Of a stretch of 64,000 nt of DNA, positions 23,804 through 33,730 are shown piece after piece; within the stretch, counting starts at the first letter, position 1; each line of letters begins with the position of its first letter. Below the pieces are notes generated by a model that saw only the letters and a program-made list of their open reading frames with translations, had not been told where the DNA came from and made no database searches. The position numbers and the translations under genes were made by a program. This DNA is from a virus (lineage: Duplodnaviria > Heunggongvirae > Uroviricota > Caudoviricetes), in IMG/VR virus record IMGVR_UViG_3300042456_000759; one strand, given 5' to 3'.

Positions 23804-26026
23804 ATGTCATTATTAATTGAATATCCATTACATATTCCTACATATGATTCTAGCACAGATCTATGGTCGGAAACAACTTTTTCTAATAAAGAGGAGTTTA
23901 CAGAATATCTCGAAAGTCAATTTAAACTTCCAGGACAGTATAATTTAAAGAATACTAAGAAATGGAAAGAGATGGCTATTAAATATGTAACATCTTGTAC
24001 TAGACCTAATTTAGAAGGGGGTTTATATTCTAATACTGTAAAAGGAACTGCTTCATATATTAAATTCTGGAATTTTGAAAGAGATAAATCTAAAAAGGGA
24101 GTAATTTACGATAATGTATATGTTCCTCCTTTTTATTATTTTTATTTAAATTATTGTCCTTTTCATGATGCAGTTAGAGGAAAAAAAGGGTTTGCTTTAG
24201 TTCATGATAATGATTTATATTTCTTTCATTATTTAATGTTATGTTTATTAAAAGGTAAACATGCTGTTGTTTTAAAAGCTCGTCAAAGAGGATATTCTTT
24301 AAAAATAATGGCTGTATTATTTTGGTCATATGTTTGGTTTGAAGGTACTGTTAATACAATTGGGGCTATTGATGAGGGTAAAGTAGTTAAATCCTGGAGA
24401 TTCTTAGAACGTTATAAATCTCATTGTGATCAAAATACTTCTTCTGCCTTTAAACGTGGACCTGTTAAACCTAAATTATTAGAATGGCTTGAGCGTATAG
24501 ATTTAAAAGATGGTGGATTTTTTGGAAAAGATAGTACTTTAAAAGGTGTTACCTTTCAAAAGAGTTTTGATTCAGGTGTTGGTGGTGCTCAAACTTTCTT
24601 CTTTTATGAAGAAGCAGGTATTACTCCAACAATGTTAAAAACAATTGGTTATATACGTCCTGCATTAGAAAGAGGTTCATTAACAACTGGTACAATTATA
24701 TGTTCTGGAGCTTTAGGAGAACTTGATGATGCTCAAGATTTACAAGAAATATTTTATCATCCTAATTCTCATAACTTTTTAGCAGTAACTAATATCTGGG
24801 ATAAAGATCCAACAAAACATGGTCAACCTTGTGGTTTGTTTATTTCAGAAGCTTATAATATGGAAGGTGTTGATGATTTAACAGGTAAACCTTTTTATGA
24901 TGAAGATGGTAATTCTGATGTAGATTTGTCTTTAGCTTGGATTCAAAAAGAAAAAGAGAAACTAAAAGCATCTGGTAAAAATGCTGAATTGATTCAATTA
25001 GATTTATCTCAAAAGATTACATCTCCTGAAGAAGGGTTTGCTGCTAGAAAAGATGGTTTCTTTCAAGCTAGAATATTAAAGTCTCATAAAGATAGAATGG
25101 TTGTATCTAAACCTACTATAACAAAGTGTGAGTTATATGAAGATAGGGATGGAAATGTAAGATGGCAACATGTAGATAGAAGGGCTATTACTGAGTTTCC
25201 GTTTAAAGGGGAAGCTGATGCTGATAAACGAGGAGCAATATGTATTTCTGAGTTTCCTCAAATTGAAAAAGGTTCTTCTGAACCTCCTTCTCGTATGTAC
25301 TTTGCAGGAATAGATCCTATTCAAACTGATATTACAACTACATCTGAATCTTTATTTTGTATATATATATTTAAAAATAGAACCAGAGTTAAATATAAAG
25401 ATCCTGAGACAGGAGAATTAAAAATTAGAAATGAGGGATATAAACCTGTGGCTTGGTATTTAGGAAGATATGATGATAGAAAGAAAACAAATGAGCAAGC
25501 TGAATTCTTATTAAGAATGTATAATGCTTATGCTCTTGTAGAAAACAATGTTACTTCTTTTATTGATCATATGAGGGGTAAGAATTTAGATCATAAGTAT
25601 TTAATGCCAGCATCAGAAGCTAAACGTATAATGGGAGAAGACGTTGTTATTGAAGATGATGTACATAGAAATTATGGAATTTATATGTCTCCAAATGGAA
25701 AACTTAAACAGTTTATCTTAAATAAAGAAAAAGAATATGTAGGAGATGTCTTAGATGTTGTTAGAAAACCGTCTGGAGAAGTAGTTCGAACTATCTATGG
25801 ATGTGAAAGAATTATAGATGTAGGTTTAATAAATGAAATGATTGGATATGAGAAACGGTTTAATATTGATAGACTTGTAGCTTTTGGTTTAGCTTTATCT
25901 GCTTGTGAAATGTATATTAATTCAGGAATAACATCAGAATTTGATGATACTGAAGAAGAAGAAGATGTTGTATCTATTCAACCTTCAAAAGGTTTCTTTT
26001 CACAAAGATTACGATTTTCACATTAA
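23804..26026 (+). CDS. terL: terminase large subunit
   Basis: Walker-A-like VVLKARQRGYS (terminase K.RQ.G.S/T variant). 740 aa. Followed directly by the portal gene. Confidence 0.6.
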   Translation: MSLLIEYPLHIPTYDSSTDLWSETTFSNKEEFTEYLESQFKLPGQYNLKNTKKWKEMAIKYVTSCTRPNLEGGLYSNTVKGTASYIKFWNFERDKSKKGVIYDNVYVPPFYYFYLNYCPFHDAVRGKKGFALVHDNDLYFFHYLMLCLLKGKHAVVLKARQRGYSLKIMAVLFWSYVWFEGTVNTIGAIDEGKVVKSWRFLERYKSHCDQNTSSAFKRGPVKPKLLEWLERIDLKDGGFFGKDSTLKGVTFQKSFDSGVGGAQTFFFYEEAGITPTMLKTIGYIRPALERGSLTTGTIICSGALGELDDAQDLQEIFYHPNSHNFLAVTNIWDKDPTKHGQPCGLFISEAYNMEGVDDLTGKPFYDEDGNSDVDLSLAWIQKEKEKLKASGKNAELIQLDLSQKITSPEEGFAARKDGFFQARILKSHKDRMVVSKPTITKCELYEDRDGNVRWQHVDRRAITEFPFKGEADADKRGAICISEFPQIEKGSSEPPSRMYFAGIDPIQTDITTTSESLFCIYIFKNRTRVKYKDPETGELKIRNEGYKPVAWYLGRYDDRKKTNEQAEFLLRMYNAYALVENNVTSFIDHMRGKNLDHKYLMPASEAKRIMGEDVVIEDDVHRNYGIYMSPNGKLKQFILNKEKEYVGDVLDVVRKPSGEVVRTIYGCERIIDVGLINEMIGYEKRFNIDRLVAFGLALSACEMYINSGITSEFDDTEEEEDVVSIQPSKGFFSQRLRFSH

Positions 26027-26080
26027 AAATTATTTTCATTTTTAATATTAATACTGTAACTTATATTGTAATACTATATA

Positions 26081-28843
26081 ATGGCAAAAAGAAAACAGGT
26101 CAAGTTACCTACTCAAAGTGATAAGAAGTCTTTAATTGTTACATCTAGACAAATATTAAATGGATGGACAAAAGGTATTGGCTATAGTAAATTATGGGCT
26201 ATATCTCCTATTCAGATGGTTTCTAAGTTTGAAAAGACTGATGAATGGAAGATGTGGAATTTGGATTGGTTTGAAAGAATAGCTTATAATGATCTATCAA
26301 AAGAATGGAAAGCTTTAGCCAAGGATTATGAAATGGCTGAAGGAATTTTAAATCCTGAAGATTATGGTAAGAATGGAGAATATGAGGGTTATGTTGAAGA
26401 TATTGTTGAAGAAACTCAACAGTTCATGCCTATTATGTTCTTTCCTATTATACCTCCTATTGTTAATTTATTTGTAGGAGAATATATTAAACGAGATTCT
26501 AGAATTATTGTACGTGGAGTTGATGATTACACTGTAAATGAAAAATTATCATATAAAAAAGATATGATATTAGGTATTCTTGTTGAAAAAGCTAAACAAG
26601 ACATTCTTCAAAAATATCAAGAGATAGGCTTAGATCAAAATAATCCTGAACAAATGCAACAGTTTGAAGCAGAAATGAATCATGCTGAACAACTTGTACA
26701 ATCTGAACTGAAGTTCAAAACCTATCAAACAATGGGTGAACAATGGGCTAATAGAATGATTGAATGGGATAATCTTCGTTTTAAAATGAAAGAATTACAA
26801 GCATTATCCTTTAGAGATGTAATTGTTGCAGATAAGACATTTTGGCATATTAGATCTTTAGAAGATGACATTGTACCAGAAGTCTGGAATCCTAGATATA
26901 CTTTTTATCATAAGTCACCTGATAAACGTTGGGTATCTGAAACTAATTATGCTGGAAGGCAAATGTATATGTCTTTATCTGATATATTTAGAAATTATGG
27001 ACATATAATGAAAGAGAGTGATTATGAGTTATTACGTTCAACTCATCAATTCAAGTCATTAACTACAGATAGTCAATTAGTGAATGCTGTTGCTGGTACT
27101 AATTTAGGTGATAAATCTAATTGGACTGACTTTTCTCAACAATATCCAGAAAATATAACTGATGTAACTTATGAAAATGCGTTATTAAATGAAAAATTAA
27201 AAAAACAGTTATCTATATATGAACAATCTTTAAAAAAGAGAGATGATTATGAAGATACCTTTGATTACTTTTTAAGAAATGATTTATTAAGAGTTACAGA
27301 AGTTTATTGGAGATCATACAAACGATATGGTACATTAGCTAAATATAATGAATCAGGAATGTTAGAATTAGATACTATTGATGAAGATTACATTATTACT
27401 GATGAACCTGTTTATGATAATTCTATTTCTAAAAAGAAATGTAGAGAAACATTAATAGCAGGTGAACACATTGATTGGTATTGGAAACCTGAGATTCGAT
27501 TTGGTGTAAAGATTGCTAGAACATCATTATCTGGATCTCAATATCCAGGAGCATCGTTTAACAATGCTTTGTATTTAAGTGGAGAACCTATTGATTTACA
27601 ATTAGATAGATTACCTGTTGAGGGTATGGTATTTTCAGATAGAAATACTAAATCTGTATCTCTTGTAAGAAAATTATCTCCACCTCAAATCTGTTTTAAT
27701 ATTGTAAATAACCAAAATATAGATATGTTAGCTAATAATTTAGCTAATGGAAAGGTTATTATGATCGATCAGAATTATATTCCAAAGAAATCTTTTGATG
27801 GTACTTGGGGTAAACATGCTATGAATAAATGGCTTGAAATTATTAGAAATAATAATATAGCTTTAATGGATGGTTCACCAACCAATAATCCAACTGGTAC
27901 AGGATTTTCTCATTTCCAAGTATTAGATTTTAGTAATACTCCAGATATATTAAGAAATATACAATTAGGATTATATTATAAAGATATGGCATTATCTATC
28001 TTAGGTATAACTCCTCAAAGAACTGGTACGGTACAAGCATCTGAATCAGCTACAGGTGTACAAGCAGCTCAGATTAATTCCTATGCTCAAACTGAATATT
28101 TATTTGATAGGCATTTAAATGAATTAATGCCAAGAGTAAGACAGTTAATGTTAGATTCTGAGCAATACTTAGCGTCTACTAAACCGAATGTAAAAGTGTC
28201 TTATACTAACTCTGATTATGAAAATGTATTATTTGAAGTTCAAGGTGAAAAATTATTATTACCAGAATTAAAATTATTTTGTCAATCTACTTCTGATATA
28301 AAAGCTTTAGTAGAGAAAATGCATGGATTAGCTTTACAAATTAATACTGCTGGAGCAGAGATGTCTGATTATATGAAGTTATTAAAATCTCAATCTCCAT
28401 CTGAAATTATTGAGCAATTAGAAAAATCAGAAGAGAATCGTAGACAACAAGTTGAAGCTCAACGTGAACATGAACAAAAAATGTTAGAACAACAACAGGC
28501 TTTTGCTAAAGAGCAGCAATTAAAAGAATTAGAACGTGAAGATTATTGGAAAGAACGTGAAGATCAAACAAAACGATATATTGCTGAAATAAGTGAATTG
28601 GGTGGAATTCAAACTGATGCAAATGCTAATAGTGAAATAGATTCACTTGAAAACTTAAAAGAATATAATAAACAACAGAACTTTCAAACTGAACAAGGTT
28701 TAAAAGAACGACAAGTTGAAAGTCAAATTAAAAATCAGTCTAAACAAAATCTTTTAAAAGAAAAAGAATTAGTAACAAAAATGGCTATAGAAAAAGAAAG
28801 ATTAAAAATAGCCAAAGAAAATAAAAATCGTTATGATAAATAG
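26081..28843 (+). CDS. portal protein (920 aa) with Q/E-rich C-terminal coiled coil
   Basis: Size and position after terL. Long acidic coiled-coil tail. Confidence 0.5.
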   Translation: MAKRKQVKLPTQSDKKSLIVTSRQILNGWTKGIGYSKLWAISPIQMVSKFEKTDEWKMWNLDWFERIAYNDLSKEWKALAKDYEMAEGILNPEDYGKNGEYEGYVEDIVEETQQFMPIMFFPIIPPIVNLFVGEYIKRDSRIIVRGVDDYTVNEKLSYKKDMILGILVEKAKQDILQKYQEIGLDQNNPEQMQQFEAEMNHAEQLVQSELKFKTYQTMGEQWANRMIEWDNLRFKMKELQALSFRDVIVADKTFWHIRSLEDDIVPEVWNPRYTFYHKSPDKRWVSETNYAGRQMYMSLSDIFRNYGHIMKESDYELLRSTHQFKSLTTDSQLVNAVAGTNLGDKSNWTDFSQQYPENITDVTYENALLNEKLKKQLSIYEQSLKKRDDYEDTFDYFLRNDLLRVTEVYWRSYKRYGTLAKYNESGMLELDTIDEDYIITDEPVYDNSISKKKCRETLIAGEHIDWYWKPEIRFGVKIARTSLSGSQYPGASFNNALYLSGEPIDLQLDRLPVEGMVFSDRNTKSVSLVRKLSPPQICFNIVNNQNIDMLANNLANGKVIMIDQNYIPKKSFDGTWGKHAMNKWLEIIRNNNIALMDGSPTNNPTGTGFSHFQVLDFSNTPDILRNIQLGLYYKDMALSILGITPQRTGTVQASESATGVQAAQINSYAQTEYLFDRHLNELMPRVRQLMLDSEQYLASTKPNVKVSYTNSDYENVLFEVQGEKLLLPELKLFCQSTSDIKALVEKMHGLALQINTAGAEMSDYMKLLKSQSPSEIIEQLEKSEENRRQQVEAQREHEQKMLEQQQAFAKEQQLKELEREDYWKEREDQTKRYIAEISELGGIQTDANANSEIDSLENLKEYNKQQNFQTEQGLKERQVESQIKNQSKQNLLKEKELVTKMAIEKERLKIAKENKNRYDK

Positions 28844-28984
28844 CATTTCAAAACTATTTAATACAGTTTATATTCTCTAAATGTAATTAATTTTATTAAT
28901 GAATATATTTTGTTCTAATATATAAATGATATACCTTATATTATAAAAGAGGTATTGGAAGACCTAAATTAAATAAACCGACAT

Positions 28985-30112
28985 ATGGCATTTGAAATTA
29001 CTAATTGGGATGATTCCCAAAAAACAGAAAGTCTTTTAGAGGGCTTTGAAGTTATTAAAGAAGATATAGCTCTTGACAAATCTGGATTAGAAGATCCTGA
29101 AAAAGATCCAAACGTATTAGTGGATCCAATTAAGGAAAAGACAGATGATAGTCTTTTAGAGAATTTAGATAAAGAGAAAAAAGGTGATAAACCTGATGAT
29201 TCTCTAGGAGAACTAGATTCGATTGCAAGTGCAGCTGCAACATTATTAGCAGAACAAGGTGTAATTTCATTATATGAAGATTATGAAATTAAAACTAAAG
29301 AAGATTTAGTTGCTCTTGTTAAAGATAATATTCAAGATAAATTGTCTGAAGTAAATGAATATATATTTCAGGAACAATTACAAGCTCTACCTCCTCAATT
29401 TCAATCTATAATGAAATATGGTTTATCTGGAGGAACTGATGTTAAATCTTTATTAGAATCTTGGGGTGAAGCTGAAAGAGTATTTTCAATAGATATTACT
29501 TCTGAAGCAGGTAAAGAACAAGTTGTTAGGGATTATTTAAGATTGACTAAGTATGGTAGTGATGAAGAAATCACTCAAGATATTCAGACTTGGAAAGATT
29601 TAGGGACGTTAGATAAAAAAGCTGAAGCATTTAAACCTAAATTAGAAGAGTATCAAATGAAGGTTATTGCTGCAAAAGAAAAAGAAGCTGATGATGCTAA
29701 CCAACTAGAGTTGCAATATACTCAACAATATATTAACGCAGTAGGTCAAGTTCTTGCAAAAGAAGATATAAATGGGCTTAAATTAGATAAACAAACAAAA
29801 CAATTTATTTATCAGAATGTACAACCTATTTATCAATCTCAATTAACAGGAAAACCTATTGACGCTTTAGAAGCAGTAGTTGAAGAATTAAAATATGGTC
29901 AGAATGCTAATCCTGAATTTTATTCTCAATTATTACTTTTTGCTACACAGCCTGAAGTGTTTATGGAAACATTAAAGTTACAGTTAAAAAACAATGTAAC
30001 CATAGAACAAGAAAGGAAGTTAAGAAGGCAAGTTAAAGAAGGTGTTTCTGGTACACCTTTAGATGATACGAATAAAAGATCTTCTAAAAGACCAGAAGAA
30101 TTAAAATGGTAA
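28985..30112 (+). CDS. acidic scaffold-like protein
   Basis: Highly acidic, helical, low complexity. Lies between the portal and capsid candidates. Confidence 0.4.
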   Translation: MAFEITNWDDSQKTESLLEGFEVIKEDIALDKSGLEDPEKDPNVLVDPIKEKTDDSLLENLDKEKKGDKPDDSLGELDSIASAAATLLAEQGVISLYEDYEIKTKEDLVALVKDNIQDKLSEVNEYIFQEQLQALPPQFQSIMKYGLSGGTDVKSLLESWGEAERVFSIDITSEAGKEQVVRDYLRLTKYGSDEEITQDIQTWKDLGTLDKKAEAFKPKLEEYQMKVIAAKEKEADDANQLELQYTQQYINAVGQVLAKEDINGLKLDKQTKQFIYQNVQPIYQSQLTGKPIDALEAVVEELKYGQNANPEFYSQLLLFATQPEVFMETLKLQLKNNVTIEQERKLRRQVKEGVSGTPLDDTNKRSSKRPEELKW

Positions 30113-30135
30113 AATAAAAATTAAATTTATAACAG

Positions 30136-31833
30136 ATGAATCCACATGGTATTTTTTTCCGCCAAACCAGCTTAGGTGATGCTCAGTCTCACTTGAATAT
30201 GACTAATTTGGCTATGAGAGTAAACCAATCTGACAATATTAAGGATTTAGGTTTAATCACTTTCTGGTCTCAGGCTATGAAAAGTGAGATTCCTATGTTT
30301 AAATGGTCAGATTTTGACACTAACAATATTATTGAACATGACGGTGACTATTTAAAATATAAAGTTGCTGTTAAAACTGACAATCTAATTCGAATTGTCC
30401 AAGACTTATCTGGTACAGATGAGCCTGGTGCTGACGATAGTAAATTCGAATTGATGGTTGATTCAGATGCGTTTGGTCCAGGGACTTTACTTAAACCTTC
30501 TCAGTTTTCTGAGTTTGCGTTATTAGTAACTCCTGATCAAGTTCGTAAAGTTGGTGATCATGCAATTATTACTTGCCAATTTATTAGTACAACTTTAAAT
30601 AGTGTTCCAAAAGAATACTTACAACCTGGACAACCATTAGGTCGTTTTGGTTCGTTACGTTCACCTGAATATGGTCAGGAATGGACTCCTTGGAAGTTTA
30701 AAGGTATGAACTCTGCAAAAGAATACTTAATTAAAGTATCTAATGCTGAAGTTAATGCTCATTACTGGCTCTCTGATAAAGTTTGTCAATTTTCAGATGG
30801 TACTTCTGATGCTTCAATTACATTGAAGAACTATTATATGAAAGTAAAAGAATACTTCCGTGTAAAAGATGTTAAAGATCCTACAGTTCCTGATTTAAAT
30901 CATCCTAAGTCTGATATGACAATGGAAGAAATGAAAACTGCTTTGAAATCAGGTCGTGCGTCAGGAGCATTTGCTTATTTAATGGATGATATTTCTTATG
31001 GTATTATTCATAATGATGAGGCTCAAATGTTAATGTGGTCTCCTGGAGGTTCTAAAAAAGCATACGATGGTCAAGAAGAAATTCAACTTCCTACAGGTTT
31101 ATGGTTCCAATTAAAATCTGGATATGTTAATCCTTTCAATATTTATAATTTTGATTTAGGTTTTATTGAAACAGGTTTACAAAACTACATCTTAGGTCGT
31201 AGAGATTTCACTACTATTGGTTCTGAACCAGAAATTGTATTAGAAACAGGTTGGGCTGGTATGTTAATGGCATCTCAAGCAATTCAAGCTAAATATCAAA
31301 ATTCTGGATTTGGTACAACAGTTATGTTACATAATCAAGAGTTTGGTTTCTTGCAAGGAAAGTCTCATAATCTACAAGCTAATGCTACTTTGTTTACAGG
31401 ATGGACTATTCCTGGGGTATATAAAGTACAAATCAAATATAGTCCTGCTTTTGATAATACTTGGGAAGCATCTGATTTAGATAATCCTATGGTAAGTTCT
31501 CCTTATGGAACTTGGAGATTGTCTTCTTTCTGTTTTATTGCTTATCATGTAAATTCTAAAAAAGATAATATTTATTTGATTCGTAAAACAAATCCAAAAG
31601 TACGACATTATGTGATTGCTGGTACAGAAACACATCCTATGTATCGTAACATGTCTTCTGGATTTATGGATGGTGGATCTACATATAGTCACCTTGCATC
31701 TACACATACTTCAGGATTTGGTGCTTTCTTACGCAAACCTGTAGGTACAGTTTGGGTAAAAGATCCTACACAAGTTTTAGTATTTTTGCCTTATAATCCA
31801 AAAACAGGTCGTCCATTTGGAAACCTTATGTAA
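30136..31833 (+). CDS. candidate major capsid protein (565 aa)
   Basis: Gene order portal-scaffold-capsid. No motif confirmation. Confidence 0.4.
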   Translation: MNPHGIFFRQTSLGDAQSHLNMTNLAMRVNQSDNIKDLGLITFWSQAMKSEIPMFKWSDFDTNNIIEHDGDYLKYKVAVKTDNLIRIVQDLSGTDEPGADDSKFELMVDSDAFGPGTLLKPSQFSEFALLVTPDQVRKVGDHAIITCQFISTTLNSVPKEYLQPGQPLGRFGSLRSPEYGQEWTPWKFKGMNSAKEYLIKVSNAEVNAHYWLSDKVCQFSDGTSDASITLKNYYMKVKEYFRVKDVKDPTVPDLNHPKSDMTMEEMKTALKSGRASGAFAYLMDDISYGIIHNDEAQMLMWSPGGSKKAYDGQEEIQLPTGLWFQLKSGYVNPFNIYNFDLGFIETGLQNYILGRRDFTTIGSEPEIVLETGWAGMLMASQAIQAKYQNSGFGTTVMLHNQEFGFLQGKSHNLQANATLFTGWTIPGVYKVQIKYSPAFDNTWEASDLDNPMVSSPYGTWRLSSFCFIAYHVNSKKDNIYLIRKTNPKVRHYVIAGTETHPMYRNMSSGFMDGGSTYSHLASTHTSGFGAFLRKPVGTVWVKDPTQVLVFLPYNPKTGRPFGNLM

Positions 31834-31947
31834 TATTAAATGCTGTTGGGTGAAGAAAAACAGCTGTTAAACTAAAAGCACATCTTTTTATGAAAGGAAA
31901 AGGAAAAGGGAAGAAAAAAGGTTGTTAACCTAAAAAAATAAACCAAT

Positions 31948-33012
31948 ATGTCAAGTAAAAAAATTAATAGCTCAACTGATGCTATGGAAGAAAAATCAGT
32001 TTTTGATAATCTAGTGTTTGATCAAGACGTTCAATTAGAAGATCTTTTAGATAATGAAAGTCCTATAATTGAAAAGAAAAGAAGTAAATATGCTTCAATA
32101 GTTCATAATAGCTCTGAGACTTATAAAGATAAGTCTAAAGTTGCTGAACTTGGATTAGATTTATTTCCAGGTTTTTCAAGAGAAATGGAACTAGCAGCTA
32201 TTGAAAGGGGTCGTAAAAACTTCTATCTTACAGGTTTAGATGAAACATTATATAAAGAACAATGGGAAAAAGATTTTTTAAAAGAGTCTTTGATTATTTT
32301 AGAAAAGAATTTTGGTAAAGAAATTCATGATCCGTTTAATCATGAATTTTGGAAAACAAGATCATTAGTTATCAGAGATGATGAAGTTCTTTTAGATTTA
32401 GAAAATCCTGAAAATTTATTGACATATTGGAATATAAAAGGGGGAGGTTATCCTTTTGTTGCAAAATCACCAGATGAATTATCTCGATTAAATGTTCGTT
32501 TTTATTTAAGTGAACCTCATTTAGAATATAGTACAAAAGGAGATGATGATCGTTTAAAAGATAAAGCCATTGCCTTATTAACTGAGATAGATGAAGGTCC
32601 TTCAGGTTTTTCAACAATGTTCTTTATTCATAAGAACTTAATTACTTCAAATGAAGGAATAACAAAAAACACTCCTAAAAAGTTAATATACAATTCTTTG
32701 AGACGTTATATTGATGGAGATTACGCTCCTACGAATAGAAAGAAAATTGCTCCAAAATTATTTATAGAAGCTGTAAATCTTTATAAAAATAATAGTAAAA
32801 AAGCAACTACTATAGCTATTGTAAATGATGCTATCTATTTTGGAAAGATATCTACTAATAAAGATAATCAGTTTATTAGTAACATAACTTCTCATAATTT
32901 TAGAACTACTGATAAAGTTAAATTAATAGACAGTTTAATGTCTCCTGCAAATCAAGAAGAATTAATTACTTTATACAAAGAAATTGAATTAAATTGGAAT
33001 AAACTTAGATAA
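31948..33012 (+). CDS. structural-module hypothetical protein
   Basis: ORF track. Confidence 0.45.
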   Translation: MSSKKINSSTDAMEEKSVFDNLVFDQDVQLEDLLDNESPIIEKKRSKYASIVHNSSETYKDKSKVAELGLDLFPGFSREMELAAIERGRKNFYLTGLDETLYKEQWEKDFLKESLIILEKNFGKEIHDPFNHEFWKTRSLVIRDDEVLLDLENPENLLTYWNIKGGGYPFVAKSPDELSRLNVRFYLSEPHLEYSTKGDDDRLKDKAIALLTEIDEGPSGFSTMFFIHKNLITSNEGITKNTPKKLIYNSLRRYIDGDYAPTNRKKIAPKLFIEAVNLYKNNSKKATTIAIVNDAIYFGKISTNKDNQFISNITSHNFRTTDKVKLIDSLMSPANQEELITLYKEIELNWNKLR

Positions 33013-33710
33013 TGCATCCTACTCTTGTTCAAATAAAGCTAGATGAAAGATTAAATAAACTTGCTAGTGAGAATTATGTTAACATTGAATGTTGGCAAAA
33101 AAGAGAAGCTATAAATAAAGCTCAATTAGAGTGGGTTCGTAGACAAATACACGGTATTAATTTAAGTAAAGAAGGTGATGAACAAAGTAGAATACGTGTT
33201 GATGATCTTCAACATTTAATTGAATATCAAGATTTAAATACTACTAACAAAGGAATATATACTGAATCTGAAACTTTACCAGAAAATTATGGTTGGTTTA
33301 AATCAGTAAGGATTTATGGAAGTTCCGAAAATTGTTCTGATCAACTCATTTTAGATATTCATCAAATAGAAGAATCTAATGTAAATGAATGGTTAAACGA
33401 TTGGTCAAAACAACCATCTTTTGAATTCAGCCAATGTTTTTATACCCTTGCTAATAATAAAGTCAATGTTTATACCAACAAGGAATTCAAAATTTCTAAA
33501 TTAACGCTAGTATATTATAGATTTCCTACTAAGTTTGATATTGAAGGTTGTGAATGGTATGATGGTTCAAATGGTGTGGATAAGGATTTAAACTTTAAAG
33601 ATGATGTGGCTGAATTAATTATAGATGAAGCTGCTTCGATTTTAGCTGGTGACACAGAACATATATCTGCATATCAGATAACTAATAAAAGAAAAGAAGA
33701 AAATAATTAA
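33012..33710 (+). CDS. structural-module hypothetical protein
   Basis: ORF track. Confidence 0.45.
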   Translation: MHPTLVQIKLDERLNKLASENYVNIECWQKREAINKAQLEWVRRQIHGINLSKEGDEQSRIRVDDLQHLIEYQDLNTTNKGIYTESETLPENYGWFKSVRIYGSSENCSDQLILDIHQIEESNVNEWLNDWSKQPSFEFSQCFYTLANNKVNVYTNKEFKISKLTLVYYRFPTKFDIEGCEWYDGSNGVDKDLNFKDDVAELIIDEAASILAGDTEHISAYQITNKRKEENN

Positions 33711-33730
33711 AAATTTAAAATTAAAATAAA